In this document: piece after piece, positions 21,701-34,400 of the stretch
How the letters are laid out: each line of letters opens with the position of its first letter
How positions within the stretch are numbered: the stretch's first letter is position 1
DNA from: Octopus bimaculoides
Lineage: Eukaryota
Reading direction: 5' to 3'
Assembly (NCBI RefSeq): GCF_001194135.2
Contig: NC_068984.1
Location: forward strand, 104,154,305 to 104,198,756
DNA: 44,452 nt
Notes under the pieces: generated by a model
What the model was told of the DNA's origin: nothing
Databases searched by the model: none
The model's input: only the letters and a program-made list of their open reading frames with translations
Made by a program: the position numbers and the translations under genes

Positions 21701-24700
21701 AAATGTAGTTAGTGTCTAAGGACTTCACTGGCTGTGGACAACTGATGAAATAAGACAGCTTCATTTAAGTCCTTGGACTGCAAACCAAAGACTGAAGATA
21801 GTGAAATTACATTGGTTGAAGGCTGTGCACACCATGATTAAAATTCCTTTACCATTCAGTACTTTTAGAAAACCAAAATGTAATTAAATTGGCAGATTGT
21901 AATAGACCTGGCCAAGCAGGAACAACTTAATTTAATAATTCCTTTTAGCATTTAGGTGGTAGGTGTGTGATGAATCTGAAACAGTTGTTTTATGTTGTTA
22001 CATATACTTCCTCTTTTGTATTAGAGTTTTTCATTCTTTGTGATATTGTTTGGGGCATTTATAGCAGGTTTTGTGACATGTGGATGTTCCCTAATTGGCA
22101 TTCCACCTAGGTTTTTTTTTTTTTTTTTTTTTTGGAAGACCTCTCACTAGAATGGTCACACCTGTTATGAATGAGGTGCAAAAAATTGATTTGGCTTTTA
22201 AACCCTTTATAATTTAACCCATTAGTGTTCAGATTAATTTGTCAAATGTAATGCTTATCTATTCATATGGATTTTGATTTATTCAGGTTCAAGTGGAGTG
22301 TCCACAATATTTGCTTGTAACTTTAATTTTCTACATACAGATTTAAAATTTTGTAAATGGGTGCTTATATGCCAGTGGTTTATAGTTACGTAATTTTAGC
22401 TGATCTTTCCGATTAAATTTGACTTTTATGGACAGGTATTAACAGGTGTAAAAACAATAACATTATGAATAAACACTAAAATTCATATTCTTAATACATC
22501 TTACCTGTTTGATTTGTTACTAAAATTATCCCAGATGTCAACTGCCAACAATTTTACATTTTTCAAGATGAGGTACATTAATTTGAATTAATTAAAATAC
22601 ATTTGTAAAATGTCCCCTCTTTTTAAAAATTTTGTTTTCATTTCATGGGGTAAACCTTTACGGTTGCCCATAACAGTACTGCACGTGTAAGTACTTACAT
22701 AGACAAGATTTTCTGCCAAAGCCACTGAAGAAAAAAACCCAACCAGAGGTGTCGGTGCTGGTGGTGAAATGGTTCAGTAAGAGACCATATTACATGTCCC
22801 AATCCATATGGTATACTTCCATTATATTTTTTTACCTGTGTAAACATCGAAGTTTACACAATATCCTGTGTCTGGTTCACAAAATTCCCATACCTTGATC
22901 ACCTATTTAGTGGGTTTGGCAGGCATGTACTGCCGAAAATGTACTCTGCCTTTATAACCTATCATGGCTTCATCTACACAGATTTTTCTCAGGTAGATAC
23001 ATAGTTTAATAAGTATTAAGGAGTAAATCAATTACAAGATTTACTTTGTACAGGGGATTGTAGTTTGGGTGGTTTTTGCTGGGGACATTAGCAGAATCAA
23101 ATGTAAATAGTGAGATATTTTCGAATACCTTGTCTTCGACATTATACTTGCGATATATGGATCATCATACCTTATATCAAGACTCTTGTAGTTCCACAGT
23201 CGAGGAAGCTCTCTAACACCAAACATAATATTGATTGTGAAAAACACTCTCATTTCTGCAGTATTAGTTGGCTGCCATTGTGGATCGTTTCTTCCGTGAA
23301 TAGAAATTATACGTTGCGCATATTTGTTTGTTCCCTCTGTAACATTTTCAAAAAAACTTTCTGGTAAAAATAAAAATAGATAGTCCAATGGTTGAGCATC
23401 AGGAAGTAAATTGTTGCAGACCAGCGAAATCAGGAATAGTGATTGGTGTTGTAATCTTTGATCATGTTGCCATGTTTACAATATCATTTTCATCACTTTC
23501 GTCCTCAAAATTTTCCTCATCTGACGATTTTTCACTAATATTGATATCAGATTCGTCTGAGGACAAAATACTCTTGTTTTCATTTATATTTTCTATATCG
23601 TCAAGAGTTTTCTATACCTTCAAAGTTGGAATCGCTACTTGCTGACACTATTTCATTAAAAACTAAGGTACAGACTTCTCTTCAAACGCTGAAAAAAAAC
23701 CATGTCTAAACCATTTCACAGTATTTATACTTGAATAAAGGTGGGAAAGACTTTATCTCGCATTGTCTCAAGACTATGAGAATTCAATGTGATTTGTTTA
23801 TTTTTATTTTTTATTTATTTTTTTAGCTATTTCATAGAGCAGTTGGATTTGGCCAGTTTGAACAAATAGAGGGGAATTAATTTTGGCCGGTTTGAACACT
23901 AAAGGTTTAATATATAGTAAAACAAAAAACAATTCACAATATCATATATCAAACTAGATCTTGCCAGCATTACCCTGTTGACCAACCAGCTCATCATTTG
24001 ATTTTTTTCAGTTCATGTCATTTCTTGTACTGTTGTAATAAAGGTTCACAAATGTTCCATTTCTTCTGTATATAAAAAATTAGACATTGAAGCAGTAATA
24101 TGAAGTCCTAAACAAAAATAGTTTCAAGACTATCCATTTGTCTTAACTTGACTTCCTCAGTGACATAATTATGAATACAAGTGTAATGGACAGTGTAATT
24201 GAAGACTTTATTTCCTATTAAAATTTAAGCATTTGTGATCATTCTCTAATTTATAGTCAAAGAAATGTGGTTTTTGTGTTCAAACATATGTGATGTGTGT
24301 AGTAAGGAATGACTCAAGATGTAAAAGTGATATGGTAATTTGGAACAAATTCTTGTCTTAAAAACTAAATATTGATATGAAACAACTTAGTACTTATAAA
24401 CTGTATTTATAAACTCTCATGCAAATGTACAAGATGTTCAGTACTTCTATTCCACATTGTAAAAGCAAACCATGATTTATGAAAATTGCAAAGCTGCAAC
24501 GAGTGAAATAGGGTGGTGGGGATTTTAATACAACTATTATATAAAATGTAAGGATAAAAGCACGGATCTCAAATTCGAGGAAAGTTAAGGACCATTGTGT
24601 AGTGGAGAGGAGGCAGGCCAAAATGAAAGTGTGACATGGAGAGGTGTAGGTGTTAAAATTGCAACAAAACTGATGAATAAATGAAACACATTGAATTTCA

Positions 24701-25393
24701 GATTTGCAACTGTCATTTTAAATAATGTTTTTATTGTCTGATAGTCCGTGTTTTTTAAGCATCTAGAGTTTATAATATTTGGCTTAAAATAATTTAAATA
24801 TGCTTGTCTTAAAAATAGATTGTAAAATGTTCATCTCCTTAATCTTGAGTGCAATGCAAATGTTTTTTCGTTGTTGAAAAGAACTATTCTTAAGGAAATT
24901 TGTCATGTGGAAGAGACTAGTAAAAATCTGGAACACCAACCTCTGCATATTTCTGTCTCAGTGGGCTATTGTACAAAAGCACCACCAACTTTATGTGAAT
25001 TAAAATCAGTATTCAGTGGAAGAGTAAAAACCTTTATATTCTTTCCTAATGTGAGAAATATAGTACTTTGAATTCTGGCATAATATGATATTACATGCAA
25101 ACAAAAATGTCTTACCTTACATCACAAATAGTGTACAGGCTGTGTTTTATATAAAGTCTTATAAAAAAAAAAATCCTGGTTAAAGCAGGTCTCTAAAATA
25201 GATAATCAAACCTCTATGGGACAAACAGAAGTTAGAAGTAATAAATCTGTTCCTTAAGGAAGCCACAGTCCCTTTTTTGTCACTGCCTGCACAATATGTA
25301 TTTACTAAAATATCTTTCAACAACTTCATTGCTTATCCTGACTGAAACATTGACTTACATATGATCTGTGAGAGGTTTTGCACTTTGCACAGA

Positions 25394-25430
<37 letters not shown>

Positions 25431-28400
25431 TGATCTTTAAAATTACAGGTCATCACTTAATGAGTTGCTTATTAAAAACTTGTAAACAATTAATGATGAC
25501 TAGATATTGTGGTCTTGAGTGGGCTATGTCTGAGAATAAGATGTTGTCCTGACTAGATTGCTCATAATGAAAGTCTGCTTGGTCAGGGTTAAAGAAAAAT
25601 ATGGTATCTCTATACAATACACACTGGAAATAAGGAGTCTTGAGGCTGACTCTAACTTGGGTGTTTACAATTAACACTTAGCATATATTTTTTAAGCTTG
25701 AAAATCTTGAGTCATCAACTGTTCGGTTTTCAATTAATCTGTCTAATATATTGTTTATGCATATGTGTTTTAAAATGATAGTGGCCTGCATCCCAGAAAT
25801 AAAATGCTCTGTTGTATGATGGTGATTATTTATTTGCTATATTTGATATAAATTTCAGTGACTGGAATGTTTAATGTGTATCATGTCATTAACAAGTTGA
25901 ACAGGGGTGTATTGGGGATGTGCTGTGTTTGTCTGCATTTTCTGTTCAAAGGTAGAGTGCATAGGCTGTGTGCAACCTACTTTGACACTGAAATTAATAT
26001 TTCTCTGTTATTATGACTAATATGTATTGACTAAAGTTCAGACTTCAGTGTATGTTGATAGTGGTAGTGCTGGATGTATGGAAAATATAGGTATATGGTC
26101 ATCAAAATATTCGTTACATGGAATTGACTGTCATGAAAGTGGAATAAACTGGCTTTGCAGAAATGACATTAGTAGTGGTAGGAGCTCAAAAAAGTTATTT
26201 CAGTTACTGGATAATCATTGCAGAATTATCAGCTGAAGACTAGAATAGTCAGGTAACTCAGCTATTTAAACCTTTTTGTTACTATATCTCTATCTTCATT
26301 TCAATTAAGTTTGAAAATAATTTTGTAAAATAAAACTTATTAGGGTGGCTTTTTTAACTTGTGTTAGTGGGTTCCAGTATGATGCATATGGTCAAATGGA
26401 AATGAAACTTTGTTTTTAGCAAAATTTATCAGAGGAATATAATTTGCATTTGTATAATGAAATAATGTTTGGCACTATTTAATTTTTATTTGGATAAATT
26501 TTTGATTTTGGTGCCCAGCAATCTGTCTAGTTTGGTTACAGAATCTGAACCACAGAGTAGCAATGCCTGTTGTTGGGAAACAGATTGATCTGCTATTGAG
26601 TATGAAAACCATGTTAACAAAAATAAAATTAATATGTTTATGTTGTGAAAATTGTTGATTTCTAGTAATGTTTTTAATTTTTACAAAATAGGTTTTACAG
26701 TAACAATTCAAGCTTTGTTCATGGTGGTATTGAGAAAGTTGGCGAAGAACAGCAACCTGTTGTGGGTCAAGATGTAAGTGATATTTTCATAGTTTGCTGA
26801 CCATAATGATGTTCAGTTCATTTAGAATTGAGAAAAGCCCTACTTCAGATTTCTATATTATTTCTAAAATAAGTATTTATTTTATGAATGGAGTTGTTGG
26901 CTGTCCAACTATTTTTGGCAGTATAAGTGCCAAGGTGTTTTCTTATTTGCTTTTCCTACTAATTTATCATCAGCTTCTCAATCACAATTATACTGCCAGT
27001 TTACATATCCGTATTATGAAAACTTAATTTTTACTTCTTCCAATAATATTTCTCCTGAAATGTGTATGTGCATACAAAATCAAAAAAGTGCTAACATATG
27101 TTCGTGGTAAAAAAGCGTGCAGCCTGAAAATATAGTTGACATCAATGCAAAGTTTTTCTGAAACTAGTTTTAATTAGAACTTGCTCTTAGTCTTCTATCA
27201 CAATTTTGCATTGAGCATTTTGATAATTTTTATATACAAATAACCTGTGCATGTATTCACTAATTACACTGAAATTACATTAAATGCTTTCAAATTAGAT
27301 TAAAGTTTTACATAAATTGTTTGCATCTTTAATTTCACATTGGTCTCAGTGTCTTATTTAAAAAAATTTTTCAGAACATCCATAAGAAAATTTTATCTCT
27401 GAACTTCAGTGATTGTCGAACAAAGATCCGCCAGGTAGACAGTCAATTTACGGTATCAAATGCAGTGTTAATTCAAGTAAGCTTTTCTTTATTTTACTTG
27501 GATCTTGCAAATGTTTTATGAATTTATGCATGCTATTTTCATTTTTGTTTTGAAGTCTAATTAATGCTTTCTTCATATTTTGTATGTCTCTTATTATTTT
27601 ACATTTGTTCAACTATTTGAGTGTTAAATATTTTTATCCACATTTGTTGGATAATTATTAAATTTTGTGAGTTTTTACACTTGTCTCTTAACCTGCAATT
27701 TTCAAAATCTAAATACTGCAATAAATCCTTGCATCATGATGTAGGTCCAAAATAGTGATTCTTTCCAATGACTTTGTGGATATTTCCTGAACACGTTTGC
27801 AATTTTAATCACTCCAGATGTTGGTAGAAGGTATTGGCAAGACATTCACATCTTTTCTCTTATGCTTACCTTCATGTATCTTTCCCTGCTATTTTAAATT
27901 GAAACCATTGCTCACTTCATTTATGGATTTTATTTGAATATGAATGAGAAACTTTCCATTTATCGAAATTTTGAGATAATTTTTAAATTTAAATTTTCAG
28001 GTTACAGGGGAACTATCCAATTATGGCCAGCCAATGCGCCGTTTCATGCAAACTTTTGTATTGGCGCCGCAGTCACCCAAAAAATATTATGTCCATAATG
28101 ACATATTTCGTTACCAGGATGAAGTATTTCCAGATTCTGAATCTGATGTAGAAAATTTTGAAAGTGGTGGTACGTTGGCTTTTTTCTTTCTGTTGTGCTA
28201 AAAGTGTTAAGAAATAATTTTATTTCTGATTATCTTAAATATTTTTTAACTTTTCCAGGCTCTGAGCAGGAAAACACTGAAACTGTTACTCAAACAGGAC
28301 CAATACAAGAATCGGTATCACAATATTATGAGCCGCCATCTGTTTTAAGGTATATATTGACACCCATTTTGAAGTAAGGAATGCCCATATTCTCTTTCTC

Positions 28401-31400
28401 CCTTGGTATTTCATGGATGGTGTTAACTACTAAATTAAGATTGTAAAGATATAGCAATATATAATTCTTCTTGAAGCAAATTAACTAATTCTTTAAATTT
28501 TTCTGTTATAAACCTGTTTTGCAATCAGAGATTACACCTAATAGTCTTCAAATTTGAAAAATCTTCCCATTTCCATTAACACTTCAGGTGAGTGATTAGA
28601 AAACCCCAGGGATGAATTCTTTAGAAAAGATCTCTTTTCATATATAGGTGGTGAGGAGTGGAATACTTGTGTATTAATAGCAGATTAACCCTTTCGTTAC
28701 CAAACCGCCCCAAAAAAAATTTGGCTCATGTGACCAAACCGCCCCTAATCACCTATTCATATTTAAATGAGGATATCCGAGCAAATCTCGTTAGTACATT
28801 CGTGAAAACACGTGATTATTTGTGTAAACGGTTCAGCTATAGTTTTGTACGACGATCGACATGTTTTTTTAATTTTGTGAATTTTGTGAGATTTTTTTCC
28901 AAATTTGTTCCTGTTGTGTTTTCAAAATTTGTAATCCTGACAAAAAAATGGATACGAATTTTATTCTGTCAAGCAGCGAGTCAGAATTCGAAGGATTTTC
29001 CGTTGAAGACCTTGATAAATCTAACTCTGTAACCGAAAAAAAAACAAAAAACAAGTGGTATTTGATAATGAATCTGTTTCATTTTCCGAAAATGAAAGCA
29101 GTGAATCCGAGAGCTCCAATGATAGCGATAAAGAGAATGAATTAGTACCTGAATGGAGTGAAAATTTAAAAACTCCTTCTTTCAGTGATTTTTCTTAAGA
29201 AACTGGACCAAGTCACAGTCTTATCCAGGAGAGTAAAGCTTTAGACTATTTCTTTTTGCTTTTTCCGATGTACCTATTTGAATTGATTACGGCGGAAACA
29301 AACCGTTACGCTGAATGTAAACAAGGCATAAAAAAGGATAGTTTGTGGTTTCCCACAAACTTGAATGAAATTAAGGCATATTTTGCCATAAATATTATTA
29401 TGGGCATTAGAAAGTTACCTAGAATAACAAATTACTGGAGTAGTGATGAACCCATTGGAGACGAATATGTCTCAAGTATAATGACGAGGATACGGTTTTT
29501 AAAATTAACTCAATATCTACGTGTAAGAGACACGATCAGTATACCAGTACGTGGATAACCAGACTTTGATCCCATATTTAAAATAAGACCCCTCATTGAC
29601 TGTGTTCAGAACACATATAAAACAGTTTATAGATGAGGATATGGTGGGCTATAAAGGCTGAGTGCGTTTTCGACAGTATATGCCAGGAAAGCCCACAAAA
29701 TGGGGGATCAAAGTTTGGAAGATTTGTGAATCATACTGGGTGGGTACTGCTCTGGATTTGAATTTTATACAGGCAAAAGAGACAGTAATTTATCCAGTAA
29801 TGTGCACAACTCTTCTATAATAATATTTTGTTGTATACCCAATTGAATATTAGCTAATAACCCATTTTCTATAGTGATGCTTGAACAAAAATTTTAATAA
29901 TTTTTTATTTTGTTGAATTTACCTGTAATTAGTCACTTTGTGACAAAAATTTTGGTATAGAATTGGTTGAGAACCTTTCGTTAAATTATCTTCCAAAAAT
30001 CACATTAATATGTTGATAAATAAAAAAAGTTAGAGTTGTTTAATGAAACCAGACTAAATTTATGATTATGTTAGAAATTAATTGAAACACATATTTTGGT
30101 TAGAAATATGGTAACGAAAGGGTTAAGAATGAAATGAATCTGACAAATGCAATTATTGAGAAGTGAGAATATTAGGCATTAAAGCAGTAAAACAATCTGC
30201 TGGGTATTTGGTGAGGCAGTTTTCTCATTTGGAACATTTGGATCCATTAAGTCATTAGGTGAAATGTGTGAAGAAATAATTTGTGGTTAATTCCCCCCCC
30301 CCCCCTCTCTCCTAGTTCAATTTCTAATTAAAATCCATCATTTTAGTAATGGAAATGCTGATATAGATGAAGGACCAGATTCACCTGCTGAGAAATCGGT
30401 GGAAGAAGAACCCAAGGAAGAAGTTGTTGAAGAGCCAGTATCAGAGCCGGAGAAAGAACTGGAAATCAAGACCCCAGAGCCAGAACCTGTTCCAGAGGCA
30501 CCTGGTAAGTTTTGTCTTGCTCAAATTGACAAACTTATTGAAAATTCTTCATAATGAATTTTGTTATATTATTTGTGTTGTAATTTGAATATTTAGATGT
30601 CTTGTGGGCCTGTCTTGCACCTTCTGTCAAGTTTATTTTCTACTTGACAAGGTTTTAGCTTTATGGTTGACATTGCCACTGAATTTTTCATTACCAGCAT
30701 GTTAATGGTAGTATAAATAGTTACATTTCTTGTAAACTCAATTGCTAAAAATCCAAATAACTTGGAACAAGATGTTCAGCTTCCATGTTGGCAAGGGCTG
30801 AACAGCCTGAGAGGGTCTGATCAGAGGACAGTGTCATGCACCAGTATCTTATTTGATGTGGTTGCCCTTCCTAGTGCCAACCATTTTATAGTGTCCTGTG
30901 TGGCACCAGCACTATGAATGATTACTTTGTAACTTACAAGGCTAAGGGTATAAAGTAACTATTACTGGAGAACAAGAAAATGAACCGTGATTCTATGAAG
31001 AGGGATGAGAGTTAGTGAGAAGATGGGATGGATTGTGAAGGAAGTCTAGGGATATCTAACATTGTAGAGGGCAAGTATGGACAGGTGTGAGGAGGGAAAG
31101 GAGAGAAGTAGCAAGACTGAGAGAAATCAGTCATTGAAGGGAAGAGGTGTGGGTGGCAGTAAAGGGGTCAGGAAGGTAGCAGTAGACTAGGTTATTGAAT
31201 ATTTCAGCTGAAAAACCCAATAAAAACAAAATTTATGGAGGTGAGAAAGTGTAGAGGGTGGCGTGATGATTAGTAGTGTTGAACTAACCATTTAACATCA
31301 TGCGACTCTTCTCTAATGTTGGTGGTGCAACAAGAATGGTTGCATTAACTCTCAGATTTACAGTATTCCATTCTATAACTTCAATAATAGTTGTTTTCTG

Positions 31401-34400
31401 GTTTTGTGTGTAAAATCAAGATTTAAAGTTTAACTGAATAGTTTTGATCTCTATAGTGTTACGTAAATCATAACTGAATATTTTATATTTTTCTGTGACG
31501 GTCAAAATCAAAGGATTTAACTAGTAATTGTTGAGGGGTTTGTTTTTTTTCTCTCCCATTTCATGTAATGGGAAATAGAACTGTACCTTTTGCATAATGG
31601 TTTAATAATATTATTAGGTATACATTATTTTCTCGAAATATAAAGATTTATTTGCTTTATTATAATGCTTTTTTGTTTTTTTTATGTTTTCATTCAGTGT
31701 TCCATCTCTTGTCTTGTTACTTTGCTTTTTCTTCTTCAATTGTGTTATGTTGGAGAAAGTGTATTGTTTTGTCTTTACTTCGTTTAACCACTTGATTGAC
31801 TATTATAACAAAAGCTAGTTGGTTGGTTCATTTTACATTCAGGTGTAACATTTCTGCTGGACCACACAATTTTAACCCTCTATAAACTTTGAATGTTCTT
31901 CATATCGTGGAATCTCAACTCCTTGCTAAAAGTTGTTGCTATTGATTATGAAACCATCGATATTTTAAAATCTTATCTATATATTTCAATAGTAACTGAT
32001 AATAAATGAGGCTGCTGTTTGTGTGTGGAGAGTTTCTTTTTGAAAATGCTGGTAGCTGATGCAAAAATAACTTTAATGGGGGCTTAGACATTACTATTAA
32101 CAATTTATCCAAAATATCAAATCAACTGAACAGGAGTGTATTCCTAATTTTCAACACCTGAAGATTGATAATTAAGTTGGTTTGCTCATATATTCATTTA
32201 ACTTATTTCTTGGAAATCTGGGTCATGAATTAATAGAATTGCTAAAGCATTGGATAAAATGCTCTGCTGAATTTGTTTGGCTCTGTGCAAAGGTCAAATT
32301 TGCCTTTCATCCTTCTCAGGCTGATAAAGTACCATTTAAATACTGGGGTCAGTTTGCAAACACCTCCCGTCATATTTCAGAGCTTTTGCTTATGTAAAAA
32401 ACTTATTTTATTGGAAATCTATATTATATTTAGTGGACATATTTCAAATGTGCATTACAGATAAGTCTTAAGTATTGTAAGTTCTGCAATCTTTATTTCA
32501 GAATTACATAGCTAGTATAATCTGTTTTGGTTTTCAATAAAATACTTTAAACTTCACTCACATTTTCCCCACATATAGGATCATACTTGAATGATCAACT
32601 GTAACAAAAGTGTATTTCACATAATTTATGGCCAAGTTCTCTAATTTTCGTAAAATTATTGTTTTCAGCTTCGTTTTTGTAAAAAATATATTTAAAAAAA
32701 AAATAATATAAAGAATATGAGTGGAGATTGAACCAGTGTGTTTGTTAAGGCAATATGACAATATGACTCTCCCTAGACACAACAAAATATTGTTTTCGGT
32801 ATATTTATAGGATTTAATTTTTGTTTCAGTGGAACCAAAGCCAGTTTCTTGGGCAAGTTTGGCCAGCAAGAATGCTCCTCCATCTCAGCCATCAACCACT
32901 AGTGCAGGGCCTGCAGGTCATGCCCAGCCTTTAGGGAAAACTCAAGCTACACGGAGTGATGTTAAATTGGATATGAATCAAGGTCCACAACCTCAGAGGG
33001 CTCGGTAAATTGAATTTGAAGATATTTTAAAGCATTGAACTTTTTCATATCAGATTAGTTTTTAATTGAAATGTAACTTTGTTTGCTATCACTAGAGAGT
33101 GGGGGGTTGGGTTTCTCTTTTCTGTGTTCACCAGTGTAGAAATAAAATATATTGCTATTTGTCATGATGTGTTAATTATGATTGATATTGTCAATATTAT
33201 AGGAACCCAAGAGAACGTATACGAGAACGAGAGAGAACAAGTGCAAGTAGGACTGATGATGGGGATTCCGACAGTCTCAGTGGTCGCAGAGGGTCAAGAT
33301 ATCCTGACAGTCATCAACTCTTTGTTGGCAACTTACCGCACAACATTACTGAGAAAGAACTGCGAACCTATTTTGAAAGTATGTTTTCCTCCCCTTCTCA
33401 TTCAAGGTTTTTCATGTAATATCTTGAATTACTTTTGTGAGAGTAATTTTCAATAATATCCAAGTTTTTAAAATTTTTTTGTTATATCCTGTATTATAAC
33501 AGCATACTTCACCGTCAGCATGACTGGCTGCAAATGACGTACCTCACTAACTGCCCCACTTGTGGCTGTCTACTATTTATTTGTAGTGGAGAGGCCCACC
33601 TCTCACTTGCGAGTGTCTTTTTTTTCTTTTTTCCCCTTTCTCATACCACAGAGAAATTATTACATAGTTCTCCAATATTCAACTTTTGGCAATTATTGTT
33701 TTTTTCTTTCAACAAAATCTTTTTTCAATTATCACAGAAAATTTATTTTATAGTTCTCCGATATACATCTATCGCCCCCCACCACCTCTAATGTATTACA
33801 TATTCGAACCATACTATTCGAATGTATGCCACAGGTGGTACTGGCTTTGTATTCTTACCAGTAGCGCTACAAACACATGAGTGACCTGACTGAAATCCTT
33901 CAACAGGCTTGTATTATTTTTTTGTGTGTTCCAGGTAGTACTCCAGAGATCTTTCTTAAGCAGAATTTTTTTTTTTTCCCCCCGTCATAGTCTATTATTT
34001 CATAGAATTTTTTTTTGTCTCCAAATTTTTCCTTGTATCCTTGGTGTTTTCAAATTTTTCCTTATATTCTGTGGTCATTGTTGTATCCTGTCTGTTTTCG
34101 AAACCTTTGTCACCACTATTATGTCTTGCTCAACACTTATGTCCTGTATTATGACATACTTCACCGTTGATCCTGACTGACCCGAACTGCGTGACTGGCC
34201 ATGAACAGTGTACCTCGCCAACTGCCTCACTCATTGTGGCTGTCTACTATTTATTTGTAGTGGAACAGCCCACTTCACTCACACGGTTGTGTCCTCCACA
34301 ACACTTATGTTATATGGAAAAATATTCTTTTAATTCTCTTAGTTTCTGCCTGAAGTCTGCTAGAGCACTATTTTCTAAATTTCTGTAATTTTTAAATATT

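Noticed and set aside
25493-25552. Box C (ATGATGA) plus two CTGA boxes: intronic C/D snoRNA candidate
   Set aside because: Only 60 nt, poor C' box, weak terminal stem and no rRNA/snRNA complementarity that I can recognise. A snoscan hit or small-RNA reads would revive it.
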